Positions 48,623 to 57,610 of a stretch of 64,000 bases of DNA are shown piece by piece. A program made the position numbers and the translations under genes. Under the pieces are notes generated by a model. It saw nothing but the letters and a program-made list of their open reading frames with translations, did not search any database and was not told the DNA's origin. How positions within the stretch are numbered: position 1 is the stretch's first letter; each line of letters starts with the position of its first letter. Source of the DNA: Candidatus Latescibacterota bacterium (GTDB taxonomy: Bacteria > Latescibacterota > UBA2968); the NCBI GenBank assembly GCA_038279365.1, contig JAYODI010000003.1, positions 70,616 through 134,615 on the forward strand, read 5' to 3'.

Positions 48623-49741
48623 TTACAGGTATTCTTTTAAGATTTCAGACAGCAGTGGGGGCTGTTTGCCAAACTTTTTAACATATTCGCGATAGGTCGA
48701 GATGAGGCGAACTTGCACCTTTGTTTCTTGATGCAAGGCAATATCTGACAGTTTGTGATTGAGAAACGGGTTTGCAAAACGGTCGAAAACCTCGGTTGCA
48801 AATTTTTCAGCCTGATCAACCCGCTCATTAATAGCGGGGCAAATTTCTTCAAAGAGCAGTCGTTTGAGCCATGTTTGGATGTCTGGGTTTGCGATGGCTT
48901 CACGCACCGTATGTATACCCAAGGGCATGGCACGAATGACCAGTGCGGTATGTGCGCCATTTAGGATGCGCACTTTTCTTAGGGCATATGGATCAATATT
49001 ATCTGTCTGTATCACTTGAGGGTTTGCGATAAAGTTGCTGAGACCATTGGGCGCTTCGATAGCCCATAGGGCATAGGGTTCTGCTGCGGTGAGTAGAGGG
49101 TCTTGTGCCAATAGGGGGTGGTTGTCAGGTTTGCCGCTGACAATGCGGTCTACAAGTGTGTTACACCAAATATTTTCTTGCAAGAGCCAGTTTTGAAAGT
49201 GTTCATCTAAATCCCACAAGCGTGCTTGTTCTATCACGAGGTCACGCAGACGGTCACCATTGCGTTCGACCAACTCACAAGGGAGTATGGTGAGACCTAA
49301 TTGATGGGCTTCAAAACGTGCTTTTAAGACCAAAAGGAGTTTTGCCGGAAATGATTTTGGCGCACCGTTATCCATTGCCTCATCAGATTCGAGCTTCAAA
49401 CCGGCTTCTGTGACATTGGAGAAGACATATTTTAGGTCGGCTGATTGTGCAATGGTGATGATTTGTGGCCAGTCCTGTTGGGCCACGAGCGCACGAGAGA
49501 TGCTTTCTACTTTGAGTGCGTCAGCAATTTTTTGACCGTTTTTGATGCCTTGCGTGATCACGTGATAGTGACAGTTTTGGGCAGAGAGTTGTTGTGCTCG
49601 ACTGCTGTTGGTTGATTGCACAACCACGATTCGACCGATGTTTTGGCCTTTTTGATTGGCTTCGTGTACAAAAACATCGGCAAAAGCACGTAGAAAGTTG
49701 CCTGCACCAAATTGTAAAATGGTTTCGGGTAGCAAGGACAT
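48623..49741 (-). CDS. uxaB: tagaturonate reductase / altronate dehydrogenase
   Basis: ILQFGAGNFLRAF, SNVTEAG, PCEL..NG, TLVDRIV, KVRILNGAHT, RFANPF. Confidence 0.82.
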   Translation of the reverse strand: MSLLPETILQFGAGNFLRAFADVFVHEANQKGQNIGRIVVVQSTNSSRAQQLSAQNCHYHVITQGIKNGQKIADALKVESISRALVAQQDWPQIITIAQSADLKYVFSNVTEAGLKLESDEAMDNGAPKSFPAKLLLVLKARFEAHQLGLTILPCELVERNGDRLRDLVIEQARLWDLDEHFQNWLLQENIWCNTLVDRIVSGKPDNHPLLAQDPLLTAAEPYALWAIEAPNGLSNFIANPQVIQTDNIDPYALRKVRILNGAHTALVIRAMPLGIHTVREAIANPDIQTWLKRLLFEEICPAINERVDQAEKFATEVFDRFANPFLNHKLSDIALHQETKVQVRLISTYREYVKKFGKQPPLLSEILKEYL

Positions 49742-49773
49742 GTTTGGGTTTCAATAAGGTGTTTGATGTACAG

Positions 49774-49799
49774 AAAAAAACCTGAGGGAGATCCTCAGG
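49774..49799 (-). terminator. intrinsic terminator
   Basis: CCTGAGG-N5-CCTCAGG followed by T7 on the - strand. Confidence 0.75.
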
Positions 49800-49822
49800 A
49801 TCATGCTTGTGATCAGGTGTTT

Positions 49823-50041
49823 TTAGGCAACGACGTCAATTTGTCCACCTTGGCCATTAATTTGACTGGTGTTGGTCAATGAGCGCGTGAGCAGATCTGC
49901 ACCCGATGCACTGCCCGAGTTGGAAGATGAGTCACTGTCAGAAGTGAGGGCACGCGCTGATGTGATAGGAGGCAATTTGGGGGTTGTTTGGCCAAGCTTG
50001 GGTAAGTCGGTGGCCGTTCGTATGGATGTGTTAGAGGGCAT
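49823..50041 (-). CDS. small Ser/Thr-rich hypothetical protein ending GGQIDVVA
   Basis: 72 aa ORF with AGGAG RBS and its own terminator. Confidence 0.62.
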   Translation of the reverse strand: MPSNTSIRTATDLPKLGQTTPKLPPITSARALTSDSDSSSNSGSASGADLLTRSLTNTSQINGQGGQIDVVA

Positions 50042-50085
50042 AACATGTTTCTCCTGTGAAGTTGGAGAAAAGTAAAACGATATGA

Positions 50086-50778
50086 TTAAAAATGCAAGTG
50101 TGTACTGAGGGCATAAAGAAGGGGTGCGATGGCCAATGCGGGTAGATAATTGGCTATGCGGAGATGCAAGAGGTCGAGCAAGGCAAAACCAATGCCTATA
50201 ATCATTAATCCACCAGCAGCAGTCATTTCATCAATCATAGGAGGGGTGAGTAGACCATCAATCAGGGTGGCTCCCAAGCTGATACTGCCTTGAAGGATGA
50301 AAATGGTGCCAATGGAAAACAGGACACCTATTCCAAATACAGCCGCAAATGCCAAACTTGCAAACCCATCGAGCATTGCTTTAATGGCCAAGAGTTCATA
50401 ATTGCCAGTGAGGCCATCTTGTAAGGCACCCAAAAATGTCATAGGCCCCACACAAAACACCAGGCTTGCGGTGACAAAACCTTCACTGAAACGATTGCTT
50501 TTGTTCTTTCCAAATCGCGATTGTAGGCTTTGGCCCAGGCGATCTAACTTTTGTTGTATGTTGATCCATTCACCCAAAACCCCGCCTATGAGAATGCTGC
50601 CCATAAGTATGAGGATGTTGTTTGTTTTGAGCGCCATTTGAATGCCAATAACAAGAACGAGCAAGCCCAACCCACCCATTACGGTTTCGCGGATGCGTTC
50701 GGGCAAGCGTTCACCCAACAATATGCCCAAGCAACTGCCAATAAGCACGGTGATCATATTGATAAAGGTGCCCATCAT
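50086..50778 (-). CDS. DUF554 family membrane protein
   Basis: MGTFIN...GS..G, EGFVTASLVFCVGPM...GALQDG, KAMLDG, NYLPAL. Confidence 0.92.
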   Translation of the reverse strand: MMGTFINMITVLIGSCLGILLGERLPERIRETVMGGLGLLVLVIGIQMALKTNNILILMGSILIGGVLGEWINIQQKLDRLGQSLQSRFGKNKSNRFSEGFVTASLVFCVGPMTFLGALQDGLTGNYELLAIKAMLDGFASLAFAAVFGIGVLFSIGTIFILQGSISLGATLIDGLLTPPMIDEMTAAGGLMIIGIGFALLDLLHLRIANYLPALAIAPLLYALSTHLHF

Positions 50779-51206
50779 TGTTTGTGCGCCTCCCAGTTGG
50801 TATAAGGGAGTGAGGTGTGCATTTGGGCAAATCGCCAATCACCGTCTTCCCATAAGATTACGGTGGTCCATCTTTCGTTGGTGATCTGATACCGACTTTG
50901 GTGGGCAGTTCCTTCACCATTCCAATAAAAATTGGCCCAAGCCACATCGCCATGAATACGCACGAGGGTGTTGTGACGATGAATGTGAACTTCTGTCCAT
51001 TTGCTCATGTGATGTTGCCACTTTTTGACAATGGCTTCTCGCCCCCTGATGAGTTCGCTTGAACCTGTAAAAAATGCAGTGGCTTGTTCGCAAAATAGAT
51101 CAGGCAGCAGTAACGCATTGCACTTTGCGATGGCTTCTTCAAAAAGGTTTAAGAGGTTCTCGATGGCTTCTATGTCGCTGTTGATGGAGTCATTTTCGTC
51201 TGCCAT
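50775..51206 (-). CDS. SnoaL/NTF2-like fold protein
   Basis: IRGREAI, HGDVAW, RWTTVI..EDGDWRFAQMHTS; ATG at 51206. Confidence 0.82.
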   Translation of the reverse strand: MADENDSINSDIEAIENLLNLFEEAIAKCNALLLPDLFCEQATAFFTGSSELIRGREAIVKKWQHHMSKWTEVHIHRHNTLVRIHGDVAWANFYWNGEGTAHQSRYQITNERWTTVILWEDGDWRFAQMHTSLPYTNWEAHKQ

Positions 51207-51285
51207 TTGGTGGTCTTTCGAGGATAAGAATGATGGTTGTTGGTCTATAAAGAAGTATGCCCAAGCCATTTTGTCAATAGCACAC

Positions 51286-51319
51286 AAAAAAGAGGCGCGC
51301 AAGATATGCGCGCCTCTTT
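51286..51319 (-). terminator. intrinsic terminator
   Basis: AAAGAGGCGCGCA...TGCGCGCCTCTTT with a T-run on the - strand. Confidence 0.85.
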
Positions 51320-51348
51320 CGACTCTGAGTGTTACGGTGTTAAACGGT

Positions 51349-53160
51349 TTACATCTCAAATGTGTTGTTCGACTCTGATACGTGTGCATCGGCGTTGGCC
51401 AAAATGTTTGATACCATACGTGCTTGCTCACTGGCCACACGTTGTGTCACATTGATCAGTTCGGTGAGTTCACCCAATTGATCGGCTACATGGGTGCTGA
51501 TTTCAGATTGTCCTGCGGTCATTTCTGTAAGTAAATGGGTGCGTTCTTCTACTTCACTTAAATCTTTTTCAATGCGTTCCAGTGCGGTCTCTGCACGGCG
51601 GGCAATGCGGTTGCTCGACCGTACTTCGCGACGGTCTTCTTCGAGTAGGGCAAGGGCTTCGTTGGCTTCACTGCAAAGCAATTCCATTCGTTTTTTGACT
51701 TCTTTATTGACCCGTACGGCTTCTCGACCCAATTTGCGAATTTCATCGACAATGATTTTCATACCCTCTCCAGCTTCGCCTGCATGCGTAATCTCAAGGC
51801 GTGCTTGGATAACCAAATGATCGATGGCATCGGATAAGTTGCCAATGGTTTGCGTGATTTGTTCGGTGTCTTCTTGGGTTTTTTTGAGGCGTTTAATGAG
51901 CATTGCAGAGGCGCGTGTTCGTTCTTCCAAACCGCCCATTTCTTGTGTGAGTTCCCAGAGTGATTCTGATCGTTCTGTGACCAAGTAAGCAACATTTTGG
52001 GTGCGCTGGCGCATCTCTTCTTGGCTGTGATGCAAATTGTCACCTTCATTGCACAATGCTTCAACCATCGACATAATGGTGGCCAAGCGTTCCGACAAGA
52101 GGCGCACACTGCGTCCGACCAAGGTGGTGCTGCGTGTGAGCTGACGGTCTGCATTGACAAGGCCATGGGCCAATGCCTGTTGGTGTTGGTTAGATGGTGT
52201 TAAGGTGTGCTCGGGTGTTGCTTCTGAGGTTTGTAAGGTATCAGAAACTGCATCATCGTGTTCTAAAACAACTTCTTCAAATGCCGTTTCTGTGTCATCA
52301 AACTCTGAATCCAAAGTGAATGTTTCGTCCATTAAGCCTACTTCTTCAACCATATCTTCAAGCATGTTTTCGTCTAAGTCTGGTAAAGATTCGTCTGCTT
52401 TGTTCGATTGAAGCCCCAATACTTCCCACAATATCACTGGGCCTAAATATTCATCTTCTTCAGAAACAACGGCACCTGCCTGAATGCGAACTTGGTAAGG
52501 GCCTATATCGTAGGTGATTTCATAAGGCAAATGATCGGCAGAGGTAAGAAGTGCATCTGCTTTTTCTGGTTCGGGAAAGATTTGTGAAATTGATTTTCCC
52601 AAGAGCGACTCTGTGTTCCACGAAAGGTATTCTGAAAGTTGAATAAAACCCGTTTCGGAAGTGCTGTTTTGATATGTGACATTTAATGCGGCATCGGCAT
52701 AAATCAAACCGATGGGCAAGTTATCGGCCAGTGTTTTGAATTTTTGGCTGGCTTCGAGTTGTTCAACAACATATTGGCGACCTCTTTCGGCGGCATGTTT
52801 TTCTTCGTTGATATCGCGAATTTGCATTTCCAATTCGCTCATCGTTTTGTTAAAAGATTTGGCCAATTGTTGCATTTCCTCTGGGCCTTCTACGGGTAAC
52901 CGAGGTGCCAAATCGCCTAATTGCATGCGCATAAAATGGTCGGTTAAGTTGATAACGGGGTTTAATGCATGCTCTAACATATTATATATGATCACACCGC
53001 AAAGACCGATAAATACCCCACCGCCTAATACCAACTGCCACCATTGCAATTCTTCACCCATAGCTGTCATCGCAAGGGTTGGGCCAAATACACCCAAGGT
53101 CATGGCAATAAGCATCATCAATATGGTGACGAAGACCAGTCGTAATTTTAGATTGTCCAT
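51349..53160 (-). CDS. methyl-accepting chemotaxis protein-like (2 TM, HAMP, PAS, acidic linker, degenerate signalling domain)
   Basis: EEMQQLAKSFNKT (HAMP), DNLPIGLIYAD..LNVTYQN (PAS), AGEAGEG..IIVDEIRKLG (MCP tip-like). Confidence 0.75.
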   Translation of the reverse strand: MDNLKLRLVFVTILMMLIAMTLGVFGPTLAMTAMGEELQWWQLVLGGGVFIGLCGVIIYNMLEHALNPVINLTDHFMRMQLGDLAPRLPVEGPEEMQQLAKSFNKTMSELEMQIRDINEEKHAAERGRQYVVEQLEASQKFKTLADNLPIGLIYADAALNVTYQNSTSETGFIQLSEYLSWNTESLLGKSISQIFPEPEKADALLTSADHLPYEITYDIGPYQVRIQAGAVVSEEDEYLGPVILWEVLGLQSNKADESLPDLDENMLEDMVEEVGLMDETFTLDSEFDDTETAFEEVVLEHDDAVSDTLQTSEATPEHTLTPSNQHQQALAHGLVNADRQLTRSTTLVGRSVRLLSERLATIMSMVEALCNEGDNLHHSQEEMRQRTQNVAYLVTERSESLWELTQEMGGLEERTRASAMLIKRLKKTQEDTEQITQTIGNLSDAIDHLVIQARLEITHAGEAGEGMKIIVDEIRKLGREAVRVNKEVKKRMELLCSEANEALALLEEDRREVRSSNRIARRAETALERIEKDLSEVEERTHLLTEMTAGQSEISTHVADQLGELTELINVTQRVASEQARMVSNILANADAHVSESNNTFEM

Positions 53161-53221
53161 AATCCAACCTATATCTTGATTTTGATGTGTGTTTTTATAA
53201 AATTTCGAAGTCTATGGTTAC

Positions 53222-53248
53222 ATATCGACCACTTTATAAAAACCTTTA
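53222..53248 (-). promoter_or_regulatory. sigma-28 (FliA)-type promoter upstream of the MCP-like gene
   Basis: TAAA-N15-GTCGATAT on the - strand versus consensus TAAA-N15-GCCGATAA. Confidence 0.72.
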
Positions 53249-53349
53249 GGTGCATATATGGCTTTGTGATGAAGGCATTGCATCTTGTTAAGGAATGGTG
53301 GTGTAATAAAGTAGGCACCATATTGTTTTGTCAAATGGGTTTCGTGTAC

Positions 53350-53380
53350 AAAAAAAGCCCTCGTGTTACACGAGGGCTTT
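53350..53380 (-). terminator. intrinsic terminator
   Basis: AAAGCCCTCGTG-N3-CACGAGGGC followed by T7 on the - strand. Confidence 0.88.
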
Positions 53381-53401
53381 AGTTGTACCAAAATGAACAG
53401 C

Positions 53402-53704
53402 TTACTTTTTAACAGCCTTTTTGGCAGGTTTCTTTGCAGCGGCCTTTTTGGCAGGTTTCTTTGCAGCGGCTTTTTTAGCAGGCTTTTTAGCAGCGGCTTT
53501 TTTAGCAGGCTTTTTAGCAGCGGCTTTTTTCACAACCTTTTTAGCAGCGGCTTTTTTAGCAGGCTTTTTAGCAGCAGCTTTTTTCACAACCTTTTTAGCA
53601 GCAGCTTTTTTGGCAGGCTTTTTAGCGGCTTTTTTCACAACCTTTTTAGCAGCGGCTTTTTTGGCAGGCTTTTTAGCGGCTTTTTTTGCGGGCGATTTGG
53701 CCAT
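53402..53704 (-). CDS. histone H1-like Lys/Ala-rich DNA-binding protein
   Basis: 100 aa of KKAAAKKPA/KKAAAKKVV repeats; AGGAGGTG RBS; own terminator. Confidence 0.88.
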   Translation of the reverse strand: MAKSPAKKAAKKPAKKAAAKKVVKKAAKKPAKKAAAKKVVKKAAAKKPAKKAAAKKVVKKAAAKKPAKKAAAKKPAKKAAAKKPAKKAAAKKPAKKAVKK

Positions 53705-53961
53705 TGTATTCACCTCCTTAACTGTGATTTCGGGAGCAAGTGAAATTAACTTAACTTGTAGCTCCCTTTACTTTGATTTTATCTTGGAGGAATATAAGAC
53801 CTTTACGGGGAAAGAATCAAGACTAAACTTACAATTTAATTAATTTTTTAGTACTCTTTTTAAACTTTTATTCATACTTGAATTGTAAATGGTTAATTAT
53901 TTGGCATTCAAATCAATAGGTGATCATATCTACTTACAATGTCTGGATATGGATATCTTAC

Positions 53962-55092
53962 TCATTGCGGCAACAGATTTAAAACATAATCGATTTCTTC
54001 TTCGGTGTTGTATACATGCGGAGATAGCCGAATGCCATTGCCACGTAACGCACATACCACCCGATTTTTTTGGAGCATTTGAAATAAACTGTCCAAATTT
54101 TTATGTGCATGATAAAAAGATATTATGCCCGATTTTTCACCTTCTTTACGTGAACTGATGAGTTGGTATCCTTTTTCTTGCAAGCCTGTTGCCAATTGAT
54201 CTGTGAGTATGAGGATGCGTGACTCTATGTTGTTAATACCGACTTGATGAATGAAATCGAGGCTTGCTTTTAGGCCATAGATACCAGATGTATTGAGTGT
54301 GCCCGATTCAAAACGTTGTGCATTGGGTAAAGGAGTGGGATCGTATGAGAGATAATCTCCGGGGTTTACGACACTTGCCCATCCCAAATTGTTTACCTGT
54401 AGATGGCGCATGGCTTTTTTGGCACAATAAAAGATGCCCGTTCCTTCTGGTCCCAACAACCATTTGTGTGCATCGGCAGATATAAAATCGATATGTGAAG
54501 TCTCGACATTGATATCAAGAGCACCTAAGCTTTGAATGGCATCTACAAAAAATAAGATGTCATTTTTTTTACAAAATTCGCCGATTTGCGTCAAATCGTG
54601 CCGAAAGCCTGTGGCGAATTCAACGGAACTGATAGAGATGATACGGGTGTTTTGATCTACTTGGTCGAATAATGATGCTGTGGGTATGCGCCCATCCAAT
54701 TCGGGTGCAAATCGCGTTTCTACACCGCGAGATTTCAAATTGAGCCACGGATACACGTTGGCAGGAAAGCCACGGTCTGTGACGACAACATTTTCACCGC
54801 GTTTCCATTTGAGTCCATTTGCGACAATATGAATGCCTTCGGTGGTATTTTTGATAAAGGCAATTTCGGATGGTTTTGCACCTATGAGTTGTGCGGCAAC
54901 ACGTCGGGTGCGACGGTACGTATTTTCCCATCTATCGGTGTGAACAATTCCGTGTTGGGCAACGTCTCTGAGTTGTTGACTCATGGCGCGTTGTACGGTT
55001 GTGGATATGGGAGCAACGGCAGCATGGTTGAGATATATGTAATTTTGTGTAACGGGAAAGTCTGCGCGCAGGGCTTCAATATTGAGAGACAT
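53962..55092 (-). CDS. aminotransferase class V / cysteine desulfurase-like PLP enzyme
   Basis: YLNHAAVAP, NTTEG, VDAIQSLG, AHKWLLGPEG, RFESGT, IRLSPHVYN. Confidence 0.9.
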   Translation of the reverse strand: MSLNIEALRADFPVTQNYIYLNHAAVAPISTTVQRAMSQQLRDVAQHGIVHTDRWENTYRRTRRVAAQLIGAKPSEIAFIKNTTEGIHIVANGLKWKRGENVVVTDRGFPANVYPWLNLKSRGVETRFAPELDGRIPTASLFDQVDQNTRIISISSVEFATGFRHDLTQIGEFCKKNDILFFVDAIQSLGALDINVETSHIDFISADAHKWLLGPEGTGIFYCAKKAMRHLQVNNLGWASVVNPGDYLSYDPTPLPNAQRFESGTLNTSGIYGLKASLDFIHQVGINNIESRILILTDQLATGLQEKGYQLISSRKEGEKSGIISFYHAHKNLDSLFQMLQKNRVVCALRGNGIRLSPHVYNTEEEIDYVLNLLPQ

Positions 55093-55104
55093 AATGGGCC
55101 TTAT

Positions 55105-55152
55105 AAAAAGCGACCACAAAGAGCACTTTATACATTGTTCTTTGTGGTCGCT
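55105..55152 (-). terminator. intrinsic terminator after guaB
   Basis: AGCGACCACAAAGA...TCTTTGTGGTCGCT followed by a T-run on the - strand. Confidence 0.82.
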
Positions 55153-55172
55153 ATAGGATGTATCAATGAGGG

Positions 55173-56654
55173 TTAGTAGGAAGAGTCAAGACGGTAGTTG
55201 GGAGCTTCTTTGGTAATGGCAATATCGTGGGCATGGCTTTCGCGAACACCTGCCGAAGTAATTCTTACAAAACGACCATTGTTTCGCAATTCATCAATGT
55301 TGCGTGTGCCACAATATCCCATACCCGAGCGCAGACCACCCACAAGCTGATAAATGAAACCCGATATTGAGCCTTTGTAAGGTACTTGGCCTTCTATGCC
55401 TTCTGGCACCAATTTATCGGCTTCTACTTCGCCTTGAAAATAACGGTCTTTGCTGCCGCGTTGCATGGCACCTAATGATCCCATGCCGCGATAAACTTTA
55501 AATGTGCGGCCCTGGTAGATAACCGTTTCGCCAGGGCTTTCATCTGTGCCTGCAAAAAGATAACCGATCATAACAGAGTTGGCACCTGCTGCAATGGCTT
55601 TGGTGATGTCACCCGATTGGGTGATGCCGCCATCGGCAATAAGGGGAACATCGGCCCGAGATGCTACTTCGGCACAATCCATGATGGCTGTTATTTGAGG
55701 AACGCCAATGCCAGCGATGACACGTGTGGTACAAATGGCCGAAGGGCCCATGCCCACTTTGATGGCGTCGGCACCTGCCGAAATGAGGTCTTTGGCTGCG
55801 TCACCTGTTGCAATATTGCCAGCAATGACTTGGATGTCGGGGTGTTTGGTTTTAAAACGTGAAACGGCTTTTAATACCCCTTGCGAATGACCGTGTGCGG
55901 TATCAATGACAATGACATCTACACCTCGTTCTATGAGCGCGTCTGTGCGTGCTTCCGAGTCGCCACCAACGCCTACGGCTGCACCAACGCGTAAACGGCC
56001 CAAATGATCTTTGCAAGCCAAGGGGTATTGGGTTCGCTTTTCGATGTCTTTAACGGTGATAAGCCCTTTGAGCACCCCCGCTTTATCTACAACGGGTAAT
56101 TTTTCAATGCGATGCTGTTGGAGAATTTCTTGGGCTTCATCAAGCGATATGCCCAATTTGGCGGTTACCAATCCTTTGCTGGTCATCACGTCTTTAACTT
56201 GTCGGGTAACGTTTTTTTCAAATCGCAAGTCGCGGTTGGTCAAGATGCCCACCAAGCGGTTGTTGTCGTCTACAATAGGTACACCCGAGATGCGATATTT
56301 ATGCATCAAATCCAACGCTTCAGAAATATAATGCTCTGGTGAAAGGGTTACTGGATCGACAATCATGCCACTTTCAGAGCGTTTTACCTTTTCGACTTCT
56401 TCTGCCTGAACTTCTATGGGCAAGTTTTTGTGTAAAATGCCAATGCCACCTTCTTGGGCTATTGCAACCGCCAAGCGCGCCTCTGTTACGGTATCCATTG
56501 CTGCACTGACCAATGGAATATTGAGTGTGATACCACGTGTAAGACGGGTTGACAGATCGACATCCTTGGGTAAGACCTCAGATTTGTTTGGCAAGAGCAA
56601 GACATCGTTGAACGTGAGGCCTTCCTTGACCACTTTTTCTATTGAATTGTCCAT
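55173..56654 (-). CDS. guaB: IMP dehydrogenase with CBS pair
   Basis: [16 protein letters not shown], two CBS domains, DTAHG, ICTTR, YRGMGS, DRY flap, VPEGIEG; AGGAGG RBS before ATG 56654. Confidence 0.93.
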   Translation of the reverse strand: MDNSIEKVVKEGLTFNDVLLLPNKSEVLPKDVDLSTRLTRGITLNIPLVSAAMDTVTEARLAVAIAQEGGIGILHKNLPIEVQAEEVEKVKRSESGMIVDPVTLSPEHYISEALDLMHKYRISGVPIVDDNNRLVGILTNRDLRFEKNVTRQVKDVMTSKGLVTAKLGISLDEAQEILQQHRIEKLPVVDKAGVLKGLITVKDIEKRTQYPLACKDHLGRLRVGAAVGVGGDSEARTDALIERGVDVIVIDTAHGHSQGVLKAVSRFKTKHPDIQVIAGNIATGDAAKDLISAGADAIKVGMGPSAICTTRVIAGIGVPQITAIMDCAEVASRADVPLIADGGITQSGDITKAIAAGANSVMIGYLFAGTDESPGETVIYQGRTFKVYRGMGSLGAMQRGSKDRYFQGEVEADKLVPEGIEGQVPYKGSISGFIYQLVGGLRSGMGYCGTRNIDELRNNGRFVRITSAGVRESHAHDIAITKEAPNYRLDSSY

Positions 56655-56703
56655 GTGTACTTTCCTCCTGTTTGATATTTGGGTTATGTTTGTTGTTAGA
56701 TAC

Positions 56704-56736
56704 AAAAAACCCCTTGACGCAGACGCATCAAGGGGC
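56704..56736 (-). terminator. intrinsic terminator inside the guaB 5' leader
   Basis: GCCCCTTGATGC-gtct-GCGTCAAGGGGT followed by TTTTT on the - strand, about 50 nt before the guaB start. Confidence 0.85.
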
Positions 56737-56842
56737 TCAAAGAGCTAAGCAAGCTTTTTTTGCACACCCCACCATCGTATTTTGCGTAGGGGTTGGTCGC
56801 CGCTTTCGAAAGGGCAGACCATGCGGAATCAAAAAGCACTGC
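56704..56842 (-). ncRNA. candidate cis-regulatory leader RNA (riboswitch or attenuator) of guaB
   Basis: Closing stem GCAGUGCUUUUU/AAAAAGCUUGC encloses two hairpins; terminator follows; alternative pairing with the terminator 3' arm is possible. Confidence 0.6.
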
Positions 56843-56880
56843 ATAAATATCTCTCGAAAAATATAGTTGGTAATTGAGAA

Positions 56881-56909
56881 AATATACGGGTTCCAAGCAT
56901 GTCTGTCAA
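56881..56909 (-). promoter_or_regulatory. sigma-70 promoter for the guaB leader
   Basis: TTGACA-N17-TATATT on the - strand. Confidence 0.78.
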
Positions 56910-56970
56910 TAGTGTTTATCTGGTACATATTTGTCAACTGTTTGTAACACTTACCGCATATAATTTCATG

Positions 56971-56999
56971 TTGACGGTAAAGGCGGCTCGCATTAATAT
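56971..56999 (+). promoter_or_regulatory. sigma-70-like promoter divergent from guaB
   Basis: TTGACG-N17-TAATAT. Confidence 0.55.
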
Positions 57000-57058
57000 C
57001 TATTTGTGTAACATACTATATAATGTATGCATAATTTTCTGATAGGATATGGGTTAAG

Positions 57059-57610
57059 ATGTCATTGCAGATTATTTTATTTGTGGTCTTAATTGTTGGG
57101 CCCATTTTTTTGGCTTGGTTTAAAGGCGATACCTTGCTCAACCATCTTGATGCACGCAGACGGGCTCAGCAACAACAAAAACGACAACGCAGTACGCGTG
57201 CTTTGCCTGTGCGAGAAACGGTCATGGATACGTTGTTACAGGTTGAAACACGGCGCAACGACATCGAAGGGCGTATTGGAGTGGCCTTGTCTCACTTTCG
57301 CCAAGTCACCGAAAATGGACGTGCCCTAACGGCAAATAAGGCAGCGGCTGTCATTTTGGATGAATTGGAAAGAGTGGTTTTGTCACGGGAGTCTATGTTC
57401 AATGAATATTTAGATACGGCGTGTTTACAAAGTGACACCATTGAAGTGATGACACAGGAAGTGGCTTTGTTGCGTGAGGCAACCGCAGTTGATCACTCAG
57501 CCACACCGGCTCCCACTGGCGCAGCAATGCATTTGTTGGAGACACTCAGACAAGCCGAGCAAAAGCGGGTGAAAATAGACCAGCGCTTAAATCGCTTGGG
57601 GCGTGCATAA
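57059..57610 (+). CDS. hypothetical protein with N-terminal membrane anchor and helical/coiled-coil body
   Basis: 183 aa ORF with hydrophobic N-terminus, AGGA RBS and upstream promoter. Confidence 0.7.
   Translation: MSLQIILFVVLIVGPIFLAWFKGDTLLNHLDARRRAQQQQKRQRSTRALPVRETVMDTLLQVETRRNDIEGRIGVALSHFRQVTENGRALTANKAAAVILDELERVVLSRESMFNEYLDTACLQSDTIEVMTQEVALLREATAVDHSATPAPTGAAMHLLETLRQAEQKRVKIDQRLNRLGRA

Noticed and set aside
53363-53843. + strand ORFs with FLAAAF and FSSGFF repeats
   Set aside because: Antisense shadows of the histone H1-like gene, which has the RBS and terminator.
56745-56845. guaB leader as a tRNA, SRP RNA, 6S RNA or a known purine, ZTP or c-di-GMP riboswitch
   Set aside because: No T-loop/anticodon cloverleaf, no SRP GGAA/AGCAG motif, and the diagnostic conserved nucleotides of those aptamers were not found by eye; an Rfam search is still needed.
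56696-56937. Two 66-aa ORFs across the guaB leader as possible leader peptides
   Set aside because: Both start upstream of the predicted transcription start and lack an RBS; the RNA structure explains the region better.
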